Below are positions 1-9,413 of a stretch of DNA of 64,000 bases, in pieces. The position numbers were made by a program, and so were the translations under genes. Each line of letters opens with the position of its first letter. Position 1 is the stretch's first letter. The notes beneath the pieces are model-generated. The model worked only from the letters and a program-made list of their open reading frames with translations. It was not told the DNA's origin and searched no databases. Source of the stretch: an uncultured delta proteobacterium (GTDB lineage: Bacteria > Desulfobacterota > DSM-4660 > Desulfatiglandales > HGW-15); assembly GCA_963815145.1 (NCBI GenBank), contig CAWFFS010000010.1:178860-242859 (forward strand). The letters run 5' to 3'.

Positions 1-58
1 CCGCGGGATGAAAGATAAAGTTGAAAAGCATTCATTCCAGGCGCTGATTATCAGCGGA

Positions 59-871
59 TTATGACATATGGGACAGTATAACGACCTCTTCCGTTACATT
101 CGTAACACCGTGTATTGACCTGATGCTCGTGAGCAGCTTGTCCTTTTCTTCCTGTGAATATATGTAACCCGTGATTGCAACCATGCCCTTTGCATGCACT
201 TCGATATCGAGCCATTTTGTTTGTATACTGTTTTTCAGCAGCACAGCGTTTATCTCTCTTTTAAGCGATAACTCGTCTATCATGTCCAGGGCATCCAGGC
301 TGCATGCCGTGATGGAATATTGATAGGCATCTATAATCATTCTCGACGCCAGCTCATAATCGATCTTCTGCGTGTTGATCACAAAGTCATATAAAGATTC
401 GTCTTTCCAGTCCTTGTGAAAAGCATAATGGAAAAAACCATCCTGTTCATGATCTGCTTTTTGTACAAAATTTTGCGCGACATCCCGGCTGACTTGTCTC
501 TGCTTCATCAGATTATCTATGCGGAGAGCTTCCCCGGCATGAATCTGGACATGAAGTGCACAACCGAATTTGCGGAGCAGAATCTGGCTGCCATGGCCGA
601 TGAAAACCCCTTCTCCTTCTTTGGCAAGTTCATATACGATCGATTCCAGATAGTTTAAATAAATTTTGGGCTTCTTACTCAGCAGACGATCAAAAAGGCC
701 CGGTATCTTATCATCAAAATTTTCTATACCATCATGTCGAATACCCCTTTTAAGGGCTTCCTGCTGGAGACTGTCGTCATCAAAAAGTTTCAGATCAAGG
801 CCATCGGCAACCAGCCTGGCGATAGCCTCTCCACCAGAGCCTATTCTTTGGGAAATGGTAATAAACGGCAT
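59..871 (-). CDS. cytidylate kinase-like (P-loop) family protein with C-terminal BON-like domain
   Basis: ORF 59..1048. 'MPFITISQRIGSGGEAIARLVADGL' is the typical N-terminus of the cytidylate-kinase-like family. GAGGAG RBS lies 8 nt upstream of the ATG at 871. The C-terminus 'VHAKGMVAITGYIYSQEEKDKLLTSIRSIHGV' is BON-like. Confidence 0.6.
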   Translation of the reverse strand: MPFITISQRIGSGGEAIARLVADGLDLKLFDDDSLQQEALKRGIRHDGIENFDDKIPGLFDRLLSKKPKIYLNYLESIVYELAKEGEGVFIGHGSQILLRKFGCALHVQIHAGEALRIDNLMKQRQVSRDVAQNFVQKADHEQDGFFHYAFHKDWKDESLYDFVINTQKIDYELASRMIIDAYQYSITACSLDALDMIDELSLKREINAVLLKNSIQTKWLDIEVHAKGMVAITGYIYSQEEKDKLLTSIRSIHGVTNVTEEVVILSHMS

Positions 872-1186
872 CGAGTCTTCTCCTCTTGCATCTACACTAA
901 ACAGATTCAATGAAACATAGCGTTTATAAAACAGAAGGACAACATATCCCCACAACCAAGGATGCAGGATAATTTTTTTAATTATCATAACACTGGTACC
1001 TGTGTAAAGAAATGGGGTAGAATTTGTATTTTCCGAGAAAAATTGCATTATATTAGAAACAATTTACTGGTATGAATATCCCTCAGTAACTCTCTTCAGA
1101 CAGGACGGGTTATCCCTGTATTGAATAAAGCGTTCAGGTGATTATCTTTTACTCAAAAGGTATTATTGACAGGAAGGTGAGAAAAA

Positions 1187-1315
1187 ATGGAAGGAATAAA
1201 ATACTATTTACCGGGAATAATCCTGATTTTATCCGGCTTACTAATCATAATTTATCCTGAAATTCTGATAGCCCTGATTGCATCTTTGACAATCCTGGGA
1301 GGAATAGGTGCATAA
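1187..1315 (+). CDS. small (42 aa) two-helix membrane protein, DUF3096-like, below the ORF-track size cutoff
   Basis: ATG at 1187 is preceded by AGGAAGGTGAG. Translation is MEGIKYYLPGIILILSGLLIIIYPEILIALIASLTILGGIGA*. An intrinsic terminator lies downstream at 1447-1491. Confidence 0.4.
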   Translation: MEGIKYYLPGIILILSGLLIIIYPEILIALIASLTILGGIGA

Positions 1316-1446
1316 TTGCTGGAAAGAGTGTGCATGATTCGGTAAAGGATTTTCATAATATCAACAGAAACGGATTTTATGATGAAACCATTAATGATTT
1401 CGGGAGCATAAAAGGACCTTTTTTCAGGTTCAGACAAAGATGGTTC

Positions 1447-1491
1447 TAAAAAAATATCAGGGGATATCACTATTCCCCTGATATTTTTTTT
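1447..1491. terminator. bidirectional intrinsic terminator
   Basis: Perfect 11-bp stem ATATCAGGGGA (1454-1464) / TCCCCTGATAT (1474-1484) with a 9-nt loop. It is flanked by A7 upstream and T8 downstream and abuts the stop codon of the minus-strand gene at 1490. Confidence 0.65.
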
Positions 1492-2479
1492 AGAACAGTT
1501 CTTTGCTCATCCTGTCTATTTCAGCACTTACTGCATCATAAACCCCTGGGAACGTGCTGCCCGGACCGCCTGCTGCCAGGCATGGAATAAAGTACAATTT
1601 ACCATTGTTTTCACAGGCCCTTCTTACTTCTCTTTCGATAAGCTCCTGTGTCCATCCGGCACAGTCCACCACGCCGTTGTCGATATCACCCATGAATGCA
1701 ATCTTTTCTCCGTACTTTTTAACCAGTTCGGGAACATTGTTCGTTGTAACGCACCCCTGGAACACGTCAATTCCCATTTCGATCATATGGGGAACAAGGT
1801 TGGCCGCATATGAATCGCTGTGGTGCACGATGATTTCCACGCCATTTGCCTTGTAGAACGCGTATATTTTTTTGTATGCAGGAACAATAAACTCGTTAAA
1901 CATCTGGGGCGACAGGAATGAAGAACGGTGGCTGCCCCAGTCGTCATGATGCAGAAGCGCATCAGGATGGTAATTTTCACAGAGCAGTTCTGCGTATTTA
2001 ACTTCATATTGAGTTATGTAATCAATAAGGTCTTTCATTGCCTCGGGTTCCTGGTAGAAATTGATCAGGCAGTCTTCCATGCCCATCAGGTAATGGAGCT
2101 GTTCAAATACACCCGGCGCAATGAGGCAGGTTACAAACAGTTCATTGCGGTCGATTGCCTCTGCCGCGGATTTGAACTGATCCCATGCCTCCTGTGGATA
2201 GTCAAGATTGGGAGCTCTGACGACTTCCTTCCATTTCGTGATATCCTTTACCACCCTGTGTTCATCATCGTGTACGGGAAAGGGTCCGGGTGTATTTTTC
2301 TGGAACCTTATGGTAACTCCCCATCCGTTTTTTACCTCCGGACCGCCGGGGACGGGAAAAGGATAAGCTGTCGAAACCGGGTTTGCAAAAATAAATTCGA
2401 ACGGCTCGTACTGTTTTACAAACCTGTCAGGATTTCCTCCGCTGATCGTTTCCATGAAGTTCTGTCTCTTTGTTAACAT
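1490..2479 (-). CDS. uroporphyrinogen decarboxylase (URO-D) family protein, MtaA/CmuA-like methyltransferase-type
   Basis: 329-aa ORF. Overall similarity to URO-D-fold proteins ('HHDDWGSHRSSFLSP', 'IVHHSDSY', C-terminal 'IPCLAAGGPGSTFPGVY'). Confidence 0.6.
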   Translation of the reverse strand: MLTKRQNFMETISGGNPDRFVKQYEPFEFIFANPVSTAYPFPVPGGPEVKNGWGVTIRFQKNTPGPFPVHDDEHRVVKDITKWKEVVRAPNLDYPQEAWDQFKSAAEAIDRNELFVTCLIAPGVFEQLHYLMGMEDCLINFYQEPEAMKDLIDYITQYEVKYAELLCENYHPDALLHHDDWGSHRSSFLSPQMFNEFIVPAYKKIYAFYKANGVEIIVHHSDSYAANLVPHMIEMGIDVFQGCVTTNNVPELVKKYGEKIAFMGDIDNGVVDCAGWTQELIEREVRRACENNGKLYFIPCLAAGGPGSTFPGVYDAVSAEIDRMSKELF

Positions 2480-2648
2480 ACTGATGCCTTTCGTTTATTG
2501 CATGGGGTTGATTCAATAGCCTGTTAGCCTGCCGGCAGAAGGAAATACAGAAACCTGTTTTCCGTATACTTAGGGTAATTTCGGCTCCATATCACATAGA
2601 CTGAAAACACGTGTATTTTGATCCATTAATAATATATTGAGCAGGGGG

Positions 2649-3290
2649 TTACTTCGGATATCCCACTGATTGCGCCAGTGTGATCTTTTGATCCGGCCGA
2701 AGTTTCATTATTTTTGCCAGTGCCTCCCTGTTAACGCTTCCCCTTACCACTGCTGAGAGGCCTTCAGATGCACAGAACAGATAAACATTCTGGGCAATGA
2801 AACCCGTATGGGCGCCAGTATAAAATTCAATTGCTTTGGGATCGGTTACCTTCAACTTTGCAAGATCCGAGACATAGATCAGGTCAAGGGCCGCATCCTT
2901 TACATAACCCTGAACCCCGGTTGCAGCACGAATGTCGTCGCTCAATATTTTTTTAAGCTCATTATCTTTTGCATCATAAAGAAAGAGGCCGTCGCTCATT
3001 GCTACATAGATATCAATATCCTGCAGGTTCCTGGCAGACGGGGCAGTTCTATGGCCGTTGGGACGATTGATACCCCAGGCAGCCCACAACAGGTTGGAAA
3101 GGGTTTGCTGTGAAAGTTTCTTTGAACTGAATTCACGGCCAGATTTACGTTCCTTCAGGGCCTGCATCAGGGGCATACCTCCTTCGGTTTGCGGGGCAGG
3201 CAGTTTGATTATATCCCGGGAATAGGCTGAGGCAGTAAACATCAAAAGAAGCCCGGTTAGAAAAACTGTTTTAAATCTAAATCTCATCAT
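2649..3290 (-). CDS. nitroreductase-family protein with N-terminal signal peptide
   Basis: GGAGG RBS lies 8 nt upstream of ATGATG at 3290. Signal-like 'MMRFRFKTVFLTGLLLMFTASAYS'. Nitroreductase-type 'LKERKSGREFSSKKLSQQTLSNLLWAAWGINRP'. Confidence 0.65.
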   Translation of the reverse strand: MMRFRFKTVFLTGLLLMFTASAYSRDIIKLPAPQTEGGMPLMQALKERKSGREFSSKKLSQQTLSNLLWAAWGINRPNGHRTAPSARNLQDIDIYVAMSDGLFLYDAKDNELKKILSDDIRAATGVQGYVKDAALDLIYVSDLAKLKVTDPKAIEFYTGAHTGFIAQNVYLFCASEGLSAVVRGSVNREALAKIMKLRPDQKITLAQSVGYPK

Positions 3291-3344
3291 AACAAAAACC
3301 TCCATATGAATTGTTTGTAAGTTTATCATCCGTAAACCATGGAT

Positions 3345-4787
3345 TTAAATCGAACCTTCACTCCTTTTCACAACCATGGAGTATATGAAAATACCGATCG
3401 CGGATGCCATACCGATCGCTGCAAACTGATACCACAGTTCATACGGACGATAGGTGTTCCAGAGCAGGTTTGTGGCGTCAACCGCGTTCTTTCCGGTCAC
3501 TTCCATCAGTTTTGAAAACGCGTCAGTCCTCACAATCCCGCCGCTGATATTCAGATGATCCTGCATGTAGCGAATCGCCAGATTGGCCTTATCACCCATC
3601 CGGCTATAAATTTCACCGCCCATGATCGATCCGTAACCCCAGCCTACTGCCAGAGGGATATTCGCATACCCCATATAAAGTCCCTTTTCTCCTGGAGGCG
3701 CGATAACCCCGAGATATTCATTCATCTTAGGCGAAGACAGCATCTCACCCACTGCAAACAACATGATTCCTAAAAGGACGAATGCCCCGTTCATCGTGAA
3801 TCCAGCCGCGATAAGTCCAAGGGATGAGATGACGATTCCCATAAAAATCGATGTCACACGGCGCATTTTTGAAACAAGCCAGGATACGAATACAACGGCG
3901 ATAACAATCAGGCCGGCATCGGCATTGATCATCCATTCCTGCGTGATCATTGTCCCACGGGCAGTTTCAACAGTCATCCAGCCTGGCAGGTTGAATTTTG
4001 TCACAAGGCTGGATGTATCCACCCAGTCGACAATAAAATTCGGAAGCATATCGAACAACTGCATGAACATCAGCCAGAAACCGGACATAATAAGAATAAA
4101 CAGCCCGAGTTTCGGCTTTATAATATTTCTGAAGGTCATTTTCATGATATCAAACGGACCCATGCTCTGTTCCCCGCCAGCCGGTATCTCCTTGTAGGTG
4201 AGAAGAGTAAGGAAATTCAGGCAAACGATAACGGCGCATCCGTAGAAAACAGTCGGCCATGAGATACCGTAGAGGAAGTGTGCAAGCGGCGGTCCGAGAA
4301 ATCCTCCGATATTGACCAGCATATAAAAAGTTCCCCAGCCTACGGACGAATGCTCTTGGTCCAGGGTCTGTACCAGGGAGCCCTGAATCCCCGGTTTGAA
4401 TACAGCCGTTCCAAATGCCAGGGTAACGGCCCCCATGAGAAACGGGAAGTAGGCTCTCTGTGTTGCCATCAGGATATAACCCAGGGCCTTGAAGACTATT
4501 GATACGGCAATCGTTTTTTTATAGCCGTATCTGTCCGCGAATCCGCCCGAAAACATGGGCACAAGGCTCTGCACCACGGCCCACCACATGAATATCTCAC
4601 CCTTTTGAATCTGTGTAAAATGCAGACCGTGGATCTCATCTGCCTGGGCGATGTAAATTGGTATAACGACTCGAACACCGTAATATGCCAGTCTTTCCAG
4701 CATCTCCATGACATTGAGCATCCAGAATGCCCGTGGGAAGGTCCGCACCTGCGTAAACAATCCGGTTCTCCTGTCCATTGCAGTCAT
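3345..4787 (-). CDS. MFS transporter, POT/PTR2 (proton-dependent oligopeptide transporter) family
   Basis: 'FWMLNVMEMLERLAYYGVRVVIPIYI' matches the POT signature (ExxERFxYYG). Multiple TM helices. RBS GAGAGG lies 6 nt before the ATG at 4787. Confidence 0.7.
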   Translation of the reverse strand: MTAMDRRTGLFTQVRTFPRAFWMLNVMEMLERLAYYGVRVVIPIYIAQADEIHGLHFTQIQKGEIFMWWAVVQSLVPMFSGGFADRYGYKKTIAVSIVFKALGYILMATQRAYFPFLMGAVTLAFGTAVFKPGIQGSLVQTLDQEHSSVGWGTFYMLVNIGGFLGPPLAHFLYGISWPTVFYGCAVIVCLNFLTLLTYKEIPAGGEQSMGPFDIMKMTFRNIIKPKLGLFILIMSGFWLMFMQLFDMLPNFIVDWVDTSSLVTKFNLPGWMTVETARGTMITQEWMINADAGLIVIAVVFVSWLVSKMRRVTSIFMGIVISSLGLIAAGFTMNGAFVLLGIMLFAVGEMLSSPKMNEYLGVIAPPGEKGLYMGYANIPLAVGWGYGSIMGGEIYSRMGDKANLAIRYMQDHLNISGGIVRTDAFSKLMEVTGKNAVDATNLLWNTYRPYELWYQFAAIGMASAIGIFIYSMVVKRSEGSI

Positions 4788-5135
4788 ATACATCCTCTCT
4801 TGCTGTTCAAAGAAAAACGTTTGTGCAAAACAAGCAATATCTGAAAACAACAGGATCTGAAAACAACAGGTCGTGTCTTTAATCTTTTCAGTTTACCCTT
4901 TTCTCTCTGTATTTAAAACCCTAAAAACCGGATAATTTTTGTAAGCTGTCCAATGAAAATGCATACCTTGACTCTGCGCTGCGACTGCTTAAAATAAACA
5001 TAAAGAAGTAAATTTATTCATAATTATAACATATTGATATTATTTACTTTTAAAGCTTAACAGGTTGAACCGGATTATGGAAATCAATGAAAAAAATATC
5101 CGGTTTAAAAAGAATATCCTTCTGTGAGGTGAAAC

Positions 5136-5531
5136 ATGAAAGCAAAACTTATTATAACAGGTCTGTTGCTTTCGCTTCTTTTGATATTCTCCGGCTGCGC
5201 TACCACTGGCGGGTATGGTTCAGGAGGATCGAGGTATCTGTACAGGGGATACATATACGGAGGAACAGGACCTTACTGGTATCCGGGGTATGGATATTAT
5301 GGATACTATGGAGATTATCCGTACTGGCAACATCCTCCGGGCGGTTTTTATCATTATCCCCACCACATCTATCGCGGTCACAGGCATGATTCATTGCCAG
5401 ATCATGGATATATGCACGACGGCAGAAGATTCAGATCCCATGATCACGGAAACGTAGGAGATCATGAAGGCAGACATTTTTTTTATCATGATGAAGGCGG
5501 GGAGCACCACGGAGACCGCGACAGGCGGTAA
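5136..5531 (+). CDS. Gly/Tyr/His-rich low-complexity lipoprotein
   Basis: Signal peptide plus lipobox 'LLLIFSGC'. The mature part is dominated by G, Y and H ('YGYYGYYGDYPYWQHPPGGFYHYPHHIYRGHRHD...HHGDRDRR'). Confidence 0.6.
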   Translation: MKAKLIITGLLLSLLLIFSGCATTGGYGSGGSRYLYRGYIYGGTGPYWYPGYGYYGYYGDYPYWQHPPGGFYHYPHHIYRGHRHDSLPDHGYMHDGRRFRSHDHGNVGDHEGRHFFYHDEGGEHHGDRDRR

Positions 5532-5559
5532 AGGGAAATATTAAAAATTAAAAAAAATG

Positions 5560-6201
5560 CTATGCGGACCTCAAGGCATCGAGGATATCGTTTGAGGATA
5601 CAATCTCCCCGAAAAACATATCAATGTTTAAAAGGGACCATTGTTTAGCCTCAGGACTCGTCCCTTCTGTCAGATCGGATGGTATCACTATATGGTATTC
5701 CCTCATGAAGCCGTCTCTGGCCGTGGATTCAACGCACACGTTCGTGGCTATACCGGTTATTATCAAAGTGTTGACACCCTTCGATCGGAGGTATTGATCG
5801 AGGTATGTGGAAACAAAGCCTGAATACTTGTATTTGGGGATTACCACATCCCCCGGTTGAGGTATGACTTCATAGAATTCAGCAAGTTCCGGGTCAACGG
5901 ATCTCTCGATGCTTATTCGTTTGTAAAGTTCATCAACTACCGGGGATGAAAGTTCCGGCAGCTTCATCATTTTCAGATGTACAATATGTTTAAGGACTTC
6001 CCTTGCCTCCTTCAGGAATATATTAAGCCTCCCGGCCAGTTCCCGGGCCGGCTCGATATCAAAGCCCCGTTTATCAAAGCTGCCGCCTTTACAGCAGAAA
6101 CTCTTCTGCATATCCACTATAATCAGCGCTGTTGAATCGGGGGTCAGCCTGGCCTTCAGCCGGTTCAACAGGATGCGGTTTTTATTTTCATGATTTTTCA
6201 A
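5560..6201 (-). CDS. isochorismatase-family cysteine hydrolase
   Basis: 'ALIIVDMQKSFC' and 'ITGIATNVCVESTARDG' are the canonical isochorismatase/nicotinamidase motifs, including the catalytic Cys. Confidence 0.8.
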   Translation of the reverse strand: MKNHENKNRILLNRLKARLTPDSTALIIVDMQKSFCCKGGSFDKRGFDIEPARELAGRLNIFLKEAREVLKHIVHLKMMKLPELSSPVVDELYKRISIERSVDPELAEFYEVIPQPGDVVIPKYKYSGFVSTYLDQYLRSKGVNTLIITGIATNVCVESTARDGFMREYHIVIPSDLTEGTSPEAKQWSLLNIDMFFGEIVSSNDILDALRSA

Positions 6202-6303
6202 GGGGAAATCTCCTTTGTATTTCAGGAGGATCGGATTGTTGATTGATACGGGTTAAAATCTCTGTATAATCTGACATCAAAAAGTGGAATTGAGTTATTT
6301 GTA

Positions 6304-6397
6304 TGGCGGAGAGAGAGGGATTCGAACCCTCGGTAGGGCTTTACACCCTACACTCGCTTAGCAGGCGAGCGCCTTCAGCCGACTCGGCCATCTCTCC
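6304..6397 (-). tRNA. tRNA-Ser (anticodon GCT)
   Basis: The reverse complement gives a 94-nt cloverleaf that includes CCA. Acceptor stem GGAGAGA/TCTCTCC. Anticodon stem-loop CTCGC-CTGCTAA-GCGAG. Long variable arm. T-arm GGTTCGAATCC. Confidence 0.92.
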
Positions 6398-6534
6398 GTG
6401 AAAAGTTTTAAGGTGCGTATAATAATTGCACCCCTTAAAAATATCAAGGGTAAAATGAACTTTTTTACCCTGTTTTTTATAAAATCAGGAACAGGAGCAA
6501 TGAATATGCGCAAATGATGATCCGGTTTTTATTT

Positions 6535-7191
6535 TCAGCTTTTTATCCCTTCCCTGAGCACCCTGATAGCCTCTGCATAATCCTCCGTATTGAATACTGC
6601 CGATCCTGCGACAAATACGTTCGCACCGGCGGCAGAAACATCTCCTATGGTCTTTGAGTTAACGCCCCCGTCGACCTCTATATTGATATCAAGGCCCTTT
6701 TCAACTATCATTTTCTTAAGTTTTTCAATCTTCGGCAGAACACCGCGTATAAATTTCTGGCCGCCGAAGCCCGGATTTACCGACATGATAAGAACCATAT
6801 CCAGATCTTCAAGCACATACTCTATTGCATCAAGCGGGGTGGCAGGGTTAAGGGATACGGAGGTTTTACACCCGGTATCGCGTATAATCTGAAGAGACCT
6901 GTGAAGATGGTTTACCGCTTCTGCATGTACAGTGATAATATCCGCTCCCGCCTTTGCAAAATCGTTTATATACATGTCGGGATTATTGATCATGAGGTGA
7001 ACATCGAGGGGAAGGCCTGTTGCTTTTTTTACTCCTTTAACAACACATGGGCCTATGGTGATATTGGGGACAAAATGACCGTCCATTACATCAACGTGGA
7101 TATAATCAGCCCCTGCCCTTTCGACGGCCCTGACTTCTTCTCCCAGCCTGGCGAAATCGGATGACAATATTGATGGTGCTATTAATCCCAT
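6535..7191 (-). CDS. rpe: ribulose-phosphate 3-epimerase
   Basis: '[19 protein letters not shown]', '[12 protein letters not shown]', '[12 protein letters not shown]', 'EVDGGV'. The start is placed at the ATG at 7191 rather than the longer ORF start at 7323. Confidence 0.92.
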   Translation of the reverse strand: MGLIAPSILSSDFARLGEEVRAVERAGADYIHVDVMDGHFVPNITIGPCVVKGVKKATGLPLDVHLMINNPDMYINDFAKAGADIITVHAEAVNHLHRSLQIIRDTGCKTSVSLNPATPLDAIEYVLEDLDMVLIMSVNPGFGGQKFIRGVLPKIEKLKKMIVEKGLDINIEVDGGVNSKTIGDVSAAGANVFVAGSAVFNTEDYAEAIRVLREGIKS

Positions 7192-7210
7192 TTGGTTCTC
7201 CCTATTTAAA

Positions 7211-8575
7211 TCATTTTTCTTTTTTAAGGAGGGCGGCAAAAAAACCGTCCATATTATGTTTGTGGGGATAAGACCTGAAAAATCCGTCATTGTCAATAAG
7301 GTTTCTCCCCCATTCAGGTACAATTTCCCTGAGATCGACCAGTGAAAATTTATTGGATCTTCTTAAAAAATTATCAATCACCGTCCTGTTCTCTTCCCTT
7401 GTGTAGGTGCACACCGCATAGAGTACCAGGCCTCCTCTTTTTACAACCTCTGCCGTGTTTTCAAGTATCTTTCGCTGTATTCTTGAAATCCTCTTTATAT
7501 CTGTTTCCGACCTGTTCCATTTTATATCGGGATGTCTCCCAATAGTGCCCAGACCGCTGCAGGGAGCATCAATGAGTATACTGTCATAGGTCTTTTTCAG
7601 CACGGTCGAAAAGGGCACGGTTGCGTCTGCTGAAACGGTTTTTATCCCCGTAATCCCGAGTCTTCCGGAGGTTTCTCTCAGCCCGTCAAGCCTCTTTTTG
7701 TCCGTATCAAGGGCCGTCACCGTCCCATTTCCGCCCATGAGCTCCATGAGGTGGGTCGATTTGCCGCCGAGGCCTGCACATACATCCAGTATATCCTGAC
7801 CAGGTTGCGGCTTAAGAAGCCATGATACCACCTGTGCGGCCTGATCCTGTACCAGGAACAGGCCTTTTTTAAAGGAAGGAAGCCTTTCTATCCTCCCGTT
7901 GAAATTTTCCAGGATTATGCATTCAGGTGCATACTGCGCAGGCGCACCTTTTATTCCTTCTGCTGCAAGTATTTTTATAAGCTCGTCTCTATCAACTCTG
8001 AGCCTGTTTGCCCTTATATTCAAAGGCGGAAACGCATTCTGTGCCTTAAACAGCTCCTCTGCGAAATCGATGCCGAATTCATCCATGCATCGTTCGGCAA
8101 GCCACGGAGGAAAGGAATAAAAGCTGCTCAGATATTTCAGAGGGGTTTTTTTCCTTGCAGGGTATTTGATGCCGGTTTTATTGCGGCACAGGTTTCGTAA
8201 GACGCCGTTTACAAAGGGGACAATATAATTATGTCCTTTTAAAGCCTTGACCTGTTCAACCGCCCTGTCTACGGCGGCTGATTCCGGGACTCTGTCGAGA
8301 AACAGGATCTGGTAGACGGCGAGACGAAGGATGTTGAGGACTACCTGGTCTATCTTTTTTACAGGTGTTCTGGAAAACCCGCCTATTATCCAGTCAAGCC
8401 TGAGTCTGAATCTTAAGACTCCCTTGACCAGGTTGCTTATAAAGGCCCTGTCTCTTTCATCAAATCCGGGATTTTCTCTGAACAGATTCTCCAGGTAATT
8501 ACCAGTGTATGTCCCGGCTTTTTCCAGGTCTACAAGTGTCATTAGGGCCAGTTCGCGCGGTTTATCAGTTTTCAT
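7211..8575 (-). CDS. rsmB: 16S rRNA (cytosine967-C5)-methyltransferase
   Basis: NusB-like N-terminus. SAM-MTase motifs '[13 protein letters not shown]', '[21 protein letters not shown]', '[14 protein letters not shown]'. It sits in the conserved def-fmt-rsmB context. Confidence 0.9.
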   Translation of the reverse strand: MKTDKPRELALMTLVDLEKAGTYTGNYLENLFRENPGFDERDRAFISNLVKGVLRFRLRLDWIIGGFSRTPVKKIDQVVLNILRLAVYQILFLDRVPESAAVDRAVEQVKALKGHNYIVPFVNGVLRNLCRNKTGIKYPARKKTPLKYLSSFYSFPPWLAERCMDEFGIDFAEELFKAQNAFPPLNIRANRLRVDRDELIKILAAEGIKGAPAQYAPECIILENFNGRIERLPSFKKGLFLVQDQAAQVVSWLLKPQPGQDILDVCAGLGGKSTHLMELMGGNGTVTALDTDKKRLDGLRETSGRLGITGIKTVSADATVPFSTVLKKTYDSILIDAPCSGLGTIGRHPDIKWNRSETDIKRISRIQRKILENTAEVVKRGGLVLYAVCTYTREENRTVIDNFLRRSNKFSLVDLREIVPEWGRNLIDNDGFFRSYPHKHNMDGFFAALLKKEK

Positions 8576-9347
8576 TAGCCAGAAATACCTTTACAGCGGT
8601 TTCAACCATGTCTATATCAATATCAGTGTCATAGCATGGTCCGAAAGGCCTTTTATTTAAAATACCATACACAGGTATGGGAAAGCTGTCCTGTATACCG
8701 CTTGTAAGGTCCCTTTCACAGGCTACGCCGATGATGATGTTCGGTTTTTTTTCAACCACTATCCTGCGAGCCAGAGTTCCGCCCGTGGCAACAGCAATTG
8801 GGACATTATATTTTTCGGTAAGTGCTACGAGGTCTTTTATCCTGCATTTGCCGCATCTTTTACAGTTTTCAATATCCCCTGTTATCCTTACAGGACATTC
8901 ATGGTACTGAAGGCAGTGGGGAAGCAGAATAAGCAGTTTTTCCGGTTTTACCTTTTTTGCTTCGGCCAGAACGAGCTGGTTATTTATTTCTATGAAGGAC
9001 CTCCGGACCTGATCTTTCCTGATACCTATAATTTTTCCAACAACCACAAGCATGGGGAACAGGAACCGGATTACAACTCCCCTGATGCGCCGGTTGAAAA
9101 AAAAATTTCTGCCCCTCAGGATGGTAAATATAAGGGTAAAACCTCCGCCTATCAGGAACAGGACAGCAAGGCCGATACACACGGCCATAATAGCCGGAAG
9201 CTTCGGGTTGATGTTGCTGAAACCGACATACGGTATCCACCAGAGCAGTATTGCCGCCCCTGTTAAAGCCGTACAGGTTAAAAGGAGCAGCAGGATAAAC
9301 CTGTTTCTGTCACGTTTCCTGCTGTTATTATTCTGTCTCTCGTCCAT
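8565..9347 (-). CDS. DUF116 domain-containing membrane protein
   Basis: Two N-terminal TM helices and the Cys-rich 'LPHCLQYHECPVRITGDIENCKRCGKCRIKDL' typical of DUF116. It lies between fmt and rsmB. Confidence 0.7.
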   Translation of the reverse strand: MDERQNNNSRKRDRNRFILLLLLTCTALTGAAILLWWIPYVGFSNINPKLPAIMAVCIGLAVLFLIGGGFTLIFTILRGRNFFFNRRIRGVVIRFLFPMLVVVGKIIGIRKDQVRRSFIEINNQLVLAEAKKVKPEKLLILLPHCLQYHECPVRITGDIENCKRCGKCRIKDLVALTEKYNVPIAVATGGTLARRIVVEKKPNIIIGVACERDLTSGIQDSFPIPVYGILNKRPFGPCYDTDIDIDMVETAVKVFLANEN

Positions 9348-9413
9348 CCCGAACCCGGTACCGATTTATTAAAGGCATTTTTAGATTGACCGGCTCATAT
9401 CAAATATCATCTA

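Noticed and set aside
1252-1470. 72-aa minus-strand ORF in the 1049-1490 gap
   Set aside because: It overlaps the better-supported plus-strand 42-codon membrane ORF and runs through the terminator hairpin. It has no RBS or motif.
2480-2648. Possible cobalamin riboswitch upstream of the URO-D/methyltransferase-family gene
   Set aside because: I could not find a B12-box-like element or the conserved GCCACTG core by eye. No call is made without a covariance-model scan.
5087-5389. 100-aa ORF overlapping the Gly/Tyr/His-rich lipoprotein gene in another frame
   Set aside because: The frame at 5136 has a signal peptide with a lipobox and is longer. The alternative frame is an artefact of the repetitive codon composition.
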